Virus record (IMG/VR): IMGVR_UViG_3300045988_154248 | Reading direction: 5' to 3' (one strand) | Length of the DNA: 64,000 nucleotides | Source of the DNA: a virus | In this document: piece after piece, positions 43,725 to 52,236 of the stretch | Numbering within the stretch: position 1 is the stretch's first letter | Layout of the letters: every line of letters starts with the position of its first letter | Notes under the pieces: model-generated | Seen by the model: only the letters and a program-made list of their open reading frames with translations | Told to the model about the DNA's origin: nothing | The model's database searches: none | Program-made: the position numbers and the translations under genes

Positions 43725-44291
43725 TCACTCTTTTTCAAATTTAGTTCCCTTCCAATCTAACCCATCAATCAGATAATTGGATAACTCGTCAAGTACATCG
43801 TCGGGTGTTTCATTGATGAATCTATTCATATTTACTGTAGTTCTGTCGTGTGTATATTCATCAATAAAGTCCATGATTTCCTTTACTGTAATATCCGTTC
43901 TCTGAATTTTATAAAAATCAGGATACCATCTATCAGAAAATCTGCCGTTAAAGTAGTCTGTTGCATACTGACCTGTTTTCATAGGAACTTTAATCCCGTG
44001 ACTGTAAAAAATTTCTTCTACTGCCTTTTCTTTCTCATTTTCCTTAAATGTATCTGTATTGATTACTTTATCTTCGTATGAAGAAAAATCTGCCGAATAC
44101 ATTTCATAACAATCTTTTGATGGATCGTCCCAATCAGGCGAAATATCTGCACCAATCAGAGTTGCATTTCCACATGCTGCACAAATAAGAAGGAAGTTTT
44201 TATCAGCATCTAATGCCTTTTCAATCCTCTCATTTGGGATAGCATGAATCCGTCCACATTTACAAATTCTAATATCATACTTTCTACTCAT
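43725..44291 (-). CDS. hypothetical protein with N-terminal zinc ribbon
   Basis: ORF track 188 aa; CKCGRIH..CAACGN. Confidence 0.55.
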   Translation of the reverse strand: MSRKYDIRICKCGRIHAIPNERIEKALDADKNFLLICAACGNATLIGADISPDWDDPSKDCYEMYSADFSSYEDKVINTDTFKENEKEKAVEEIFYSHGIKVPMKTGQYATDYFNGRFSDRWYPDFYKIQRTDITVKEIMDFIDEYTHDRTTVNMNRFINETPDDVLDELSNYLIDGLDWKGTKFEKE

Positions 44292-44360
44292 ATCTTACCT
44301 TTCCTTTCCAATGAAACACGCATTTTTTATATTATATGTCCATTGTATTATTTGAAATAA

Positions 44361-44666
44361 TTATGTCGCCTTATCTAGCAAAATGTTACCGACTTCTTCC
44401 TCTGTAAGTTCTCTGATTATCTTCATTTTCTGTGTAAGAATCCAACTTCCGCCCTGGCTTTCTGGTCTGTTATAGCTTGTCCAATCTTCTACTTCACATT
44501 CGACCCATACACGCTGCTCTCCGTTTGCAAGCTTCTTGCGCCCCAAAGATTTTTGTCTAAATCTAATTTTTCTCCATACCGTAACATCACAAGTCCTCCT
44601 TTTTATAAAAACAAAGGAACAAGATTTCTCTTGTCCATTTATCATTCTCCTTTTAAATTCGGACAT
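44361..44666 (-). CDS. hypothetical protein
   Basis: ORF track 101 aa. Confidence 0.5.
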   Translation of the reverse strand: MSEFKRRMINGQEKSCSFVFIKRRTCDVTVWRKIRFRQKSLGRKKLANGEQRVWVECEVEDWTSYNRPESQGGSWILTQKMKIIRELTEEEVGNILLDKAT

Positions 44667-44815
44667 AAGTTAAGTCCACCATCAATTTCAGGAACTCTTC
44701 TATATGCATCTCTGTGAATACATTTTTCTCTTTCACATTCTGTGCAATCACATTTCTGATACTCTTCATAAGTCATTTTCCAATTTGTTTCTGCAAATCT
44801 TTCTCTTGTCATCAT
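44642..44815 (-). CDS. small Cys-rich protein (57 aa)
   Basis: Own call: MMTRERFAETNWKMTYEEYQKCDCTECEREKCIHRDAYRRVPEIDGG..; GGAGAG SD. Confidence 0.45.
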   Translation of the reverse strand: MMTRERFAETNWKMTYEEYQKCDCTECEREKCIHRDAYRRVPEIDGGLNLCPNLKGE

Positions 44816-44830
44816 ATTGTTCGCTCTCCT

Positions 44831-45280
44831 TTAAACAAAATCTTTTGCAATATCTTCTCGACTCCCACAACTTGAACAACCTTCTGTGCCATGCTTTTCA
44901 AGTATCTTCCATATTGCATTTTCCTCTTCTTCTAAAAGATTAAAACCTTCCCAATATTCTACAGTTCCGTTCTTATGTGTTTGAAGAATTCCGCTAATCC
45001 ATGTATCATTTGTCATTTTTCTTACATAATCTTCAGGATTTTTGAGTGCAATATAATCTGGTTTAATCATCACAACTGCACCATATCCATTTACACACAA
45101 GCCAAAAGCAATATCTTCTGCATAAGATTTACTATCAAACACCTTTGCTTCCTTGTTTGATTCCCACTTTGCAACATTTGTATTTGTATCAATGCTTGTT
45201 ACATATTTAATCGTATTTACGTTATCATTACCGCCAATAACTCCTATTACATATTTAATTTTCTTTGCCATATTTATCAT
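44831..45280 (-). CDS. hypothetical protein
   Basis: ORF track 149 aa. Confidence 0.55.
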   Translation of the reverse strand: MINMAKKIKYVIGVIGGNDNVNTIKYVTSIDTNTNVAKWESNKEAKVFDSKSYAEDIAFGLCVNGYGAVVMIKPDYIALKNPEDYVRKMTNDTWISGILQTHKNGTVEYWEGFNLLEEEENAIWKILEKHGTEGCSSCGSREDIAKDFV

Positions 45281-45324
45281 CCTTTCTCTTTAAGAAATCG
45301 TTCTTTCATTAGGTATCATGCAAT

Positions 45325-45594
45325 CTATAATTCCAAAATATTTATCATTGAATCCTTATAAATCTGTGTTCCGTCTGTTCTTATTTCTTTTACAAATTCT
45401 ACAAGTGGAATTCTTTTATTTCTTTCCATTTGCCATGAGTACATTTGTATCCAATCGCTTAACAGATTAAACATTGAATAATCATAAAATGGACAGCCCT
45501 TTGGTTTTACACTTTCCAAAAATTCTTTGGTCTTTGTCAATATTAATACATGAGTTGTGCCATTAAAATCAACTATAATATAATTACCTTCCAT
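45325..45594 (-). CDS. hypothetical protein
   Basis: ORF track 89 aa. Confidence 0.5.
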   Translation of the reverse strand: MEGNYIIVDFNGTTHVLILTKTKEFLESVKPKGCPFYDYSMFNLLSDWIQMYSWQMERNKRIPLVEFVKEIRTDGTQIYKDSMINILEL

Positions 45595-45607
45595 TTACAT
45601 CGCTTCC

Positions 45608-45886
45608 TTATGTTGTCACAAATACTTCATTTCCATTTGTATCAAAATATCTTTCATGAAATTTTCCATCCACATAATCAATATCCATTCTAACGTCTTC
45701 GCAACCTGTAATAAGTTCCGCATATCTCTGATCTGCCAAAGCTTGCCAGCTTTTAATTCCGTGGTCACTCTTTACATTCTTAACAAGTTTACGAACTTCA
45801 TCATAAAATGTTTCTGCATTTGTAAGTTTATTCAGTTTATCAATTCTTGTACAATCTCTCTTTTCAAAAGCAAATTTGTATGTCAT
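45608..45886 (-). CDS. hypothetical protein
   Basis: Track frame; start at ATG 45886 behind AAGGAG. Confidence 0.5.
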   Translation of the reverse strand: MTYKFAFEKRDCTRIDKLNKLTNAETFYDEVRKLVKNVKSDHGIKSWQALADQRYAELITGCEDVRMDIDYVDGKFHERYFDTNGNEVFVTT

Positions 45887-45888
45887 AT

Positions 45889-46136
45889 TCACTCGCTCCT
45901 TTTAAACCACTCAAATTCATTTGTCACATAATTCCATCTAATAAATCCATTTTTATCTTCTCTTATATTTTCACGATTTTCTAATATACATTTGAGCAAT
46001 TCTTTTGCCAACTTGTCATTCAGTCGTTTTTTATGACATTTCAAATCATTGTTAACATAGTCAAACACTTCGGAAATATCTGAATTGCCTTTGTGTATCC
46101 TCTAATAAATTCACCAGATAATTTTTCAATTTTCAT
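45889..46136 (-). pseudogene. small gene split by a frameshift near 46085-46095
   Basis: ATG 46136 gives MKIEKLSGEFIRGYTKA.., which then stops after 31 codons. The adjacent frame continues ..KGNSDISEVFDYVNNDLKCHKKRLNDKLAKELLKCILENRENIREDKNGFIRWNYVTNEFEWFKRSE-TGA (ends 45889) and has no start of its own. Confidence 0.5.
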
Positions 46137-46138
46137 AA

Positions 46139-46510
46139 CTATCCCTCCATTGTGTAATACAGATATTTGTATCTTGTATCATCCACATTTCCATTCCAAT
46201 CAATATCAAGCCATTTCAGTTCTACAACCAGGATATTGTCATCTGTTGCATAGCACTTTATAAAGGTATGTGGTCTTACATCTTTGAGTTCCAAATGACT
46301 ATCTCCATCAAATACTAAATGATTATTTGATTTTGCCACACATGTTCTTGCATGTGATTTATAATTTTCAAGCCTTCTTTGTCTTACAGCACCAATTTCT
46401 CCATCATCCATAGCAGGGCTAATCCCAATCAATAATGACTTACCACTTGTAATTCTTCTAACAAATTCTGCCTTACTAATCTCTTTAATGTTATCTCTCA
46501 TATCAATCAC
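46139..46510 (-). CDS. hypothetical protein
   Basis: ORF track 123 aa. Confidence 0.55.
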   Translation of the reverse strand: MIDMRDNIKEISKAEFVRRITSGKSLLIGISPAMDDGEIGAVRQRRLENYKSHARTCVAKSNNHLVFDGDSHLELKDVRPHTFIKCYATDDNILVVELKWLDIDWNGNVDDTRYKYLYYTMEG

Positions 46511-46519
46511 CCTCGCTTT

Positions 46520-47158
46520 CTACGCTATCTGCTTTGCTATATCTTCAATGTTTCCATTCATTACAATTACCGCATCTTTGTTGTCAGGATACTCATTCAT
46601 AAAATCTCTCAATCCCTCAAACTGCTTATTATCTGCATTTTCAATCATCTGCCTTACATTTTCGTTATGCAACTTAATCAAATAAGCTTTTTTATAATAC
46701 TGTTTGAATAAAAGATTTTCCTTTTCGCAATACTGCTTAATCACGTCAATCTGTCTCTGTTCCTCTTTCTTGATTACTTCGACTCTTGCCTTCTCATTAG
46801 CTTCTGCCTGTTCTTTTCGTTTGCGATTTCCAATTAGATAATTGAATAATGAATCTGATGCACATAAACTTTTATAAACCGCCTTTTCAATGTCGTATTC
46901 ATCTGGTTTGTCTTTTTCAATCCACCACAAGAAATTATCAATTGTTCTGTTGAAATTCTCTTCAAAGATGCACCTATTGCCAAGCTTGATATCTAAAATA
47001 TTCTTTCCATCTTTTTCGATCCGTAATGATGTATATACGTTTTCATCCGGTTTATCTGGATAAATACTCCATGTATACCTATCTTGTGTTCCATATACAA
47101 TCATTCCATATGCTTCATAAATCCGTTTCTCTTCATTTTTCAAATATACAAGTCCCAT
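46520..47158 (-). CDS. hypothetical protein
   Basis: ORF track 212 aa. Confidence 0.55.
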   Translation of the reverse strand: MGLVYLKNEEKRIYEAYGMIVYGTQDRYTWSIYPDKPDENVYTSLRIEKDGKNILDIKLGNRCIFEENFNRTIDNFLWWIEKDKPDEYDIEKAVYKSLCASDSLFNYLIGNRKRKEQAEANEKARVEVIKKEEQRQIDVIKQYCEKENLLFKQYYKKAYLIKLHNENVRQMIENADNKQFEGLRDFMNEYPDNKDAVIVMNGNIEDIAKQIA

Positions 47159-47177
47159 TTTTTACTTGCCTCCTACA

Positions 47178-47456
47178 TCATTCTAAATTTGCATTTGTAT
47201 ATTTCAACCATTTTCCTGTATAAGTTCCGTTTAATCTCTCTTCGAAAGTTCTTTTTCTCATTCCGTAGATTTCTGTAGCAACTTTATACATGTCATATAC
47301 AAGATCCTTTTTCATATCTACAATCATAAAATCTTTTGGGTTATCCATACTATCCAATACATACTGCATGAAGTCTCTAAAAGTAACCAATCTATTTGTC
47401 GTACACCAAACAATTACTTCATCTTTTTCCTTCGTTACAAATTTTACTATCTGCAT
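47178..47456 (-). CDS. hypothetical protein
   Basis: Track frame; start at ATG 47456 behind GGAAGGAGTG. Confidence 0.5.
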   Translation of the reverse strand: MQIVKFVTKEKDEVIVWCTTNRLVTFRDFMQYVLDSMDNPKDFMIVDMKKDLVYDMYKVATEIYGMRKRTFEERLNGTYTGKWLKYTNANLE

Positions 47457-47542
47457 AATATTCACTCCTTCCATTACAAAAAGCAGACACAATTCTGCAT
47501 CTGCCTTATTATTCTCCGCTCATGAAACTAATATTTTATGTA

Positions 47543-47887
47543 CTACCACTCAGGTTCTTTATCTGTTAAACCCAAGTAAAACGCATCCTTTTCGCTGTTC
47601 CAAAAATGTTCTTGCAAATCAGCAAACGATTTAGTTCCATTTTTCAACGCCTCATAATCTGCAAGTACCATATCATCTGTGTAATTTGCATATTCATTTC
47701 TGGCAATAGCAAGTCTGAACGTTTCACCCTTTCTTATCCAACCAAATCTACTTGTATTTTTCGCTATCGGATAAGCACTAATTGTATACCCATGCAAATC
47801 TGGATATTCTTCTGAATTTTCACTATGCCAATCTTCAAGCTGTATTTTTGTTCCATCTGCCATTACTGCTCTATCAATAGTCTGCAT
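47543..47887 (-). CDS. hypothetical protein
   Basis: Track frame; start at ATG 47887, just after the upstream stop. Confidence 0.5.
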   Translation of the reverse strand: MQTIDRAVMADGTKIQLEDWHSENSEEYPDLHGYTISAYPIAKNTSRFGWIRKGETFRLAIARNEYANYTDDMVLADYEALKNGTKSFADLQEHFWNSEKDAFYLGLTDKEPEW

Positions 47888-47888
47888 A

Positions 47889-48068
47889 TCAATCACTAAT
47901 CCTTTCTCTCCACTTTTTAATTCGCACAGGGTAAATTACGTTTTCTCTGTATGTTTTCAATTGTGCTTTTGCATCTGCTCTATCTTCACAATTGCACTCA
48001 ATATCCCATCCATAACCACAATTTCCTTCGATTGCATAACAATCTTTCGTCTTTCTTTTATATGCCAT
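47889..48068 (-). CDS. hypothetical protein
   Basis: Track frame; start at ATG 48068. Confidence 0.45.
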   Translation of the reverse strand: MAYKRKTKDCYAIEGNCGYGWDIECNCEDRADAKAQLKTYRENVIYPVRIKKWRERISD

Positions 48069-48070
48069 AA

Positions 48071-48475
48071 TCAATATACCTCTTCATAAAATTTAATTGT
48101 TCTTTCCTTTTCAGCTTTATATTTCGCTTTATCAGTAAATAATGTGAGATAAATATCTCCCTCACAATATGTAAATACCGCCATCTGTTCATCTGAATAA
48201 GCATAAGAGCTATAACCATTTACCTGCACTAAATCGAATTTGCATTTCTTTGCGAACTGATAGCTCAAATCAGACATCCAATGTCCACTCAACATATAGT
48301 TTCCATTTCTATCTTCTGTCTCTTCCATGAAGTTTACGTTCGCAATCCGTTTTGTATCTTCGTTCAATGGATACACTGACAAATCTAAATCGGCAATGTC
48401 ATATTCTTCTTTATCTGGGATTCTTCCAGTTTCTCTAATCATCTGATAGTATTTGTTTCTTGGTATATATTTCAT
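48071..48475 (-). CDS. hypothetical protein
   Basis: Track frame; start at ATG 48475 (TAATG overlap with the upstream stop). Confidence 0.5.
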   Translation of the reverse strand: MKYIPRNKYYQMIRETGRIPDKEEYDIADLDLSVYPLNEDTKRIANVNFMEETEDRNGNYMLSGHWMSDLSYQFAKKCKFDLVQVNGYSSYAYSDEQMAVFTYCEGDIYLTLFTDKAKYKAEKERTIKFYEEVY

Positions 48476-48918
48476 TATTTCATCCTCACTTTCATCATTT
48501 CTTTTCTGTATTCTTTTATCTGTTCCAAAGTCAACCATTCCGGTTTCTCTTCCAGTGATTTCCAAATCCGTTCCATTTCGTCACAGATTGCTTCTACACT
48601 GCCACCCCACAGATGACCTTCATAACCGTTTCCATTTCCGAGGAAATAGTTACAATCACTTCTCATTCTGTCTAATAACATGTAATCCTTTTCTCTTGGA
48701 TGCCGAATAAAAGGATCATCGCACTCAACTGGTTCTGTTACTCTATTACATGGCTCACCACAGATTTCATCCCATTCGGTTCTATAAGCACCTGTGTAGA
48801 GATTAAGTCCGTTTTCTCCATTGTTCTCGTCAAAATACAACTTCCCATTTTCATCTTCGTAGCATGGAACTTCCATGTATCCACCAAACCCAACATATTT
48901 TACTTTCATACTTTTCAA
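48475..48918 (-). CDS. hypothetical protein
   Basis: ORF track 147 aa. Confidence 0.55.
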   Translation of the reverse strand: MKSMKVKYVGFGGYMEVPCYEDENGKLYFDENNGENGLNLYTGAYRTEWDEICGEPCNRVTEPVECDDPFIRHPREKDYMLLDRMRSDCNYFLGNGNGYEGHLWGGSVEAICDEMERIWKSLEEKPEWLTLEQIKEYRKEMMKVRMK

Positions 48919-48927
48919 CCTGCCTTT

Positions 48928-49137
48928 CTATCCGATCCACTGTTTTGTTACTGTGTTATAAATCGCCCCGTTTGCATCCTGATATTCTTTGTATCTGGAA
49001 TATGTAAACCGTAAACATTTATGACCGTTCGCATAAACAATGGTCTTATTTCCATTATCAATGGCAAATCTTTCACGCCACCCAGCAGCTTCCCATGCTT
49101 CTTTCATTTCACCTCTGAATCTTCTTGCCTTCTCCAT
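48928..49137 (-). CDS. hypothetical protein
   Basis: Track frame; start at ATG 49137 behind AGGAGGAG. Confidence 0.5.
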   Translation of the reverse strand: MEKARRFRGEMKEAWEAAGWRERFAIDNGNKTIVYANGHKCLRFTYSRYKEYQDANGAIYNTVTKQWIG

Positions 49138-49139
49138 TT

Positions 49140-49394
49140 TTACTCCTCCTGTTTTCTCTTCATAATTCCATTTGCTGCCTGTACACATCCGTATAACCAA
49201 CCATTCAGGTAATCAATGTTGTAGCAATACTGCGTCCAATCTCCGTTTTTTGCCCTTTCTTCACTGGTAAAAACATAAAATCCATTACCATAATCAGCAT
49301 CTTCAATTTTAATAAAGTCGAAGTTTGCCTTATAAGACCGCAAGTTATCTTTAATAATTTCTTCCTGACGTTTTGTCATCTTCTTTTTCTCCAA
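49140..49394 (-). CDS. hypothetical protein
   Basis: ORF track 84 aa. Confidence 0.5.
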   Translation of the reverse strand: MEKKKMTKRQEEIIKDNLRSYKANFDFIKIEDADYGNGFYVFTSEERAKNGDWTQYCYNIDYLNGWLYGCVQAANGIMKRKQEE

Positions 49395-49400
49395 TTAAAT

Positions 49401-49434
49401 AAGGCAGCTAGGTATTTATTCTCCTAACTGCCTT
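49401..49434 (-). terminator. putative terminator hairpin
   Basis: 12-bp stem aaggcagctagg / cctaactgcctt (one mismatch), 10-nt loop; a similar hairpin lies at 49698-49727. Confidence 0.4.
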
Positions 49435-49441
49435 GCTGCGT

Positions 49442-49663
49442 TTAATTACTATGAATCGAATAGCGAGCATTCACTTCTTTCAAACATTCCATCATCAAAC
49501 CGAAATCATTAAATCTGTCAATATCTTTAATAACAGCTGTACTACCACATACATTAATAAAAATGCATTTTGCGTTTTCACAATAATCTACGGTCACTCT
49601 CTTATCATCCGTATACTCATTCGCTTCGAACATCTCATTCATTTTCTTAATCCAGTCATTCAT
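49442..49663 (-). CDS. hypothetical protein
   Basis: ORF track 73 aa. Confidence 0.5.
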   Translation of the reverse strand: MNDWIKKMNEMFEANEYTDDKRVTVDYCENAKCIFINVCGSTAVIKDIDRFNDFGLMMECLKEVNARYSIHSN

Positions 49664-49761
49664 GATATTTTCCTCATTACTTTCTTGTAATAAAACAGAT
49701 AGTTAGGTTTTTATTCTCCTGACTACCTTTGTTTTGCGTTGTTTTGTTTAGTTGCTAGAGC

Positions 49762-50046
49762 TTACAGACACTCTGCAAAAATCTGAAGGTTAAATTTGTT
49801 GCTTAACTTTTCAATGGTCATATCTTTGAGTTTCTTTGCAAGAGATAATTCATTTGCATCGTAAGTCCATTCCATTTCGTATCCATTTGGTGTCGCAGGG
49901 AATTTCACTTCTACACAAATTCCATTTCCATAATCCGTAACTTCTGTTACAGTTCCAAAGAAACTTTTATGATACCGTACACCATATTCTTCTTCATACT
50001 TCGTATCTGGGTTAGATACATATACTAAATCACCAACTTTAAACAT
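49762..50046 (-). CDS. hypothetical protein
   Basis: ORF track 94 aa. Confidence 0.5.
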   Translation of the reverse strand: MFKVGDLVYVSNPDTKYEEEYGVRYHKSFFGTVTEVTDYGNGICVEVKFPATPNGYEMEWTYDANELSLAKKLKDMTIEKLSNKFNLQIFAECL

Positions 50047-50078
50047 TTGCCTTCACTCCTTTTCTTGAAATCTTAATT

Positions 50079-50384
50079 TCATTGGGTTATGTTATCAAAA
50101 AAATCTAATATCTTCGTTTTTTCATAATACTGTTTCCAGTTACCGCTTAAAGTTACGCCTATACAAGTACACGGATCTGTATTATGACTTTTCGGTATCT
50201 GAAAAACGGCAATACATTCATCGTCAGTAACAGTCATATCCGAAAATATCAACTTTTCTAAGCTACATTTTGTTGCGCAGTTTTCTTTTACACCTGTACA
50301 AATTCTGTCATACTCCGACTTACACTCATCAAAAGATTTTCCTTTAATCACAACAGAATGATTTAAAACTTTAATTTCTGTCAT
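50079..50384 (-). CDS. hypothetical protein
   Basis: ORF track 101 aa. Confidence 0.5.
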   Translation of the reverse strand: MTEIKVLNHSVVIKGKSFDECKSEYDRICTGVKENCATKCSLEKLIFSDMTVTDDECIAVFQIPKSHNTDPCTCIGVTLSGNWKQYYEKTKILDFFDNITQ

Positions 50385-50420
50385 ACAATTATACCTTTCC
50401 TATGAAACACGTATTTCTAA

Positions 50421-50951
50421 CTACTTGCTAATATAAATTCTTACTGAGTTTTCGTCATCAAATGCCTTTATGACATCATCTTCCGTTTCTAAGAATGTAT
50501 AATTGATTCTGTATCTAATTCTTGCATTACTATAAAGTTTCTTGTAGAAATAATCGTCAAACTCCTTCATTGTCATTTCCGTTGGCTTGTCATTTTCAAA
50601 TACTGTCACACCATCAATTCTATTGAATGACACATATTTTCCAGAATGAATTAACTCATCGTAAGTAACTGACTTTTTCAGCATTCTCAACAAGTGCATT
50701 CCATAATCATAATAATTACAATATCTACTTCCGATTTTCAAGTCAAAGCCCTCTGATTCTTTGGATGGTTTACTATCATTTTTGAATCCTTCTGCAAACT
50801 TGATAAAATCTTCTTTTGTATAAATTTTCCCTTGCCAATCATCGTTTTTTCTGCCTTCATTGTCATTGTTACAACCTTGTAAACTCAGATGTAAAATTCT
50901 CCCATCTGATAAGTTCACAATTTTTGTTTTAAAGATAATACCATATCCCAT
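50421..50951 (-). CDS. hypothetical protein
   Basis: ORF track 176 aa. Confidence 0.55.
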   Translation of the reverse strand: MGYGIIFKTKIVNLSDGRILHLSLQGCNNDNEGRKNDDWQGKIYTKEDFIKFAEGFKNDSKPSKESEGFDLKIGSRYCNYYDYGMHLLRMLKKSVTYDELIHSGKYVSFNRIDGVTVFENDKPTEMTMKEFDDYFYKKLYSNARIRYRINYTFLETEDDVIKAFDDENSVRIYISK

Positions 50952-51015
50952 ATAATCACCATTTGTCTTTCTGATCTTCCTATGAAATGTTGCTTTCTTA
51001 CACTAAGCTATAATT

Positions 51016-51243
51016 TTAGTAACTTTTAATTGAGCCATCTGCGTTTACATGCCATTTTTCAGATGGTCTAAAGTTCTTTCCGTTGTTGATATGCAAAATC
51101 CATATGTCACCCTTCGGACAAAACCAATTAGCATGTTCCATCCGATGCTCCATACATTCTTCAAAAGAAGAAAATATATCTACAACTTCACCGCTTCTTT
51201 CGCTTGTTTCAACATATATTGCATAAAAATCAAACTTAACCAT
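51016..51243 (-). CDS. hypothetical protein
   Basis: Track frame; start at ATG 51243 behind GGGAGAATA. The track start would bury the TGAAA-N6-TTTCA motif inside the ORF. Confidence 0.5.
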   Translation of the reverse strand: MVKFDFYAIYVETSERSGEVVDIFSSFEECMEHRMEHANWFCPKGDIWILHINNGKNFRPSEKWHVNADGSIKSY

Positions 51244-51334
51244 TATTCTCCCTTCTGAAATTTCTCTTTCATCCGATGAATCCATAGAAATAACCAAAAA
51301 CTTTTTCTGGTTTATGAATAGTTACTGTGCTACA

Positions 51335-51517
51335 TTAACCATGTTTTATTACCTCAGTTTCAATTTCATTCCCATCATCATCTTCCAGCCAATATTTCAA
51401 ACCGAGATAATCTGTATCCTGTAAATTTTTCACTAACATTTTCGCTTTCGGTAAGGAAACAGTTGGCTTTAATTTTCTGGCTTGTGTTTCTACACCATTA
51501 CTTGCTACAATGTACAC
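51335..51517 (-). CDS. hypothetical protein (GTG start)
   Basis: ORF track 60 aa; GGAGG 9 nt upstream of the GTG. Confidence 0.45.
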   Translation of the reverse strand: MYIVASNGVETQARKLKPTVSLPKAKMLVKNLQDTDYLGLKYWLEDDDGNEIETEVIKHG

Positions 51518-51699
51518 ATTCCCTTGCCTCCTTCTCTTACAGATTTTCTTGTTGCAAATAATCGACCGTCAAGACTCATATATACATCAACCATTGTATT
51601 TTTTGTTCTTACATACAAGACGGTCATATGCCGCAAAGCGTCTTTCTGTACATATAGTACGGGTTCGTACCGATCAAAGATTTTTATCCAAATCACCAT
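51505..51699 (-). CDS. hypothetical protein
   Basis: ORF track 64 aa. Confidence 0.45.
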   Translation of the reverse strand: MVIWIKIFDRYEPVLYVQKDALRHMTVLYVRTKNTMVDVYMSLDGRLFATRKSVREGGKGMCTL

Positions 51700-51995
51700 A
51701 AAATCGCTTTCCTTTCTGTGATTACTAACAGCCCAAATAAAATGAACGTTACCCCTAACGGCCAGGTATCGCTTGCATATCTAATAAGTAGATACCCAAC
51801 GCCCATAAGCATCACGCAAAAGATTTTTTGTGCTATAAGTTTTTTACGCTGCCGTTCTCTTTTGCGTTTGGCTTTCGCTTTCTGGATTTCCATTTGCCGT
51901 TGTTCTTCAATATGCTGACGGTATTTTTCGTAGTTGGTAATATCAATTATGTTGTAATGATCTGGATCAAATACAGCACATTGTTGCGTTCTCAA
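51693..51995 (-). CDS. membrane protein (basic linker plus two C-terminal hydrophobic segments), TTG start
   Basis: ORF track 100 aa; AAAGGAG SD; KIFCVMLMGVGYLLI and PLGVTFILFGLLVI. Confidence 0.5.
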   Translation of the reverse strand: MRTQQCAVFDPDHYNIIDITNYEKYRQHIEEQRQMEIQKAKAKRKRERQRKKLIAQKIFCVMLMGVGYLLIRYASDTWPLGVTFILFGLLVITERKAILW

Positions 51996-52236
51996 TTCTT
52001 TTCGCTCCTTTCACTTTTTTATTCGACATAAGGTTATTCTCTTTAATCAGTCTTGCTTTTACTTCTCTGTTCAGCCGTGTGTTTACTTCAATTCTCTTGT
52101 GAGTTACACGGTTTAAATAATGTAAGTGTGATCCAGTACCATCTCTTCCGTTTACTCTTGTTTCTCTGAATCCATTAGGAAATAAATATTCCCTTTCAAA
52201 ATCCAGAACTTCCTTTGGCTTTCGTCGTCTCGACAT
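51967..52236 (-). CDS. hypothetical protein, weak HicA-like (YcfA) resemblance
   Basis: GFRETRVNGRDGTGSHLHYLNRVTHKRIEVNTRLNREVKARLIKENNL recalls the HicA GSH core. Judged from memory of the family only. Confidence 0.3.
   Translation of the reverse strand: MSRRRKPKEVLDFEREYLFPNGFRETRVNGRDGTGSHLHYLNRVTHKRIEVNTRLNREVKARLIKENNLMSNKKVKGAKRIENATMCCI

Larger units (their letters stand above)
20842..51271. repeat. dispersed intergenic palindrome TGAAA-N6-TTTCA (14 exact copies located by eye)
   Basis: Exact copies: 20842-20857, 21562-21577, 22802-22817, 25089-25104, 25582-25597, 26614-26629, 33343-33358, 33683-33698, 36238-36253, 37460-37475, 38729-38744, 40745-40760, 50066-50081, 51256-51271. One-mismatch copies: 22028-22043, 38132-38147, 42144-42159, 43701-43716, 45293-45308, 50403-50418, 50983-50998. 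All lie between minus-strand genes, just 5' of the downstream gene's SD. Confidence 0.8.

Noticed and set aside
20842-51271. TGAAA-N6-TTTCA motif as ordinary sigma-70 promoters, ECF (TGAAAC) -35 elements or intrinsic terminators.
   Set aside because: No -10 element lies at the right distance on either strand. Transcripts initiated there would lack the SD that follows within 2-25 nt. The 5-bp A/T stem has no T-run, and bona fide terminators in the window look quite different.
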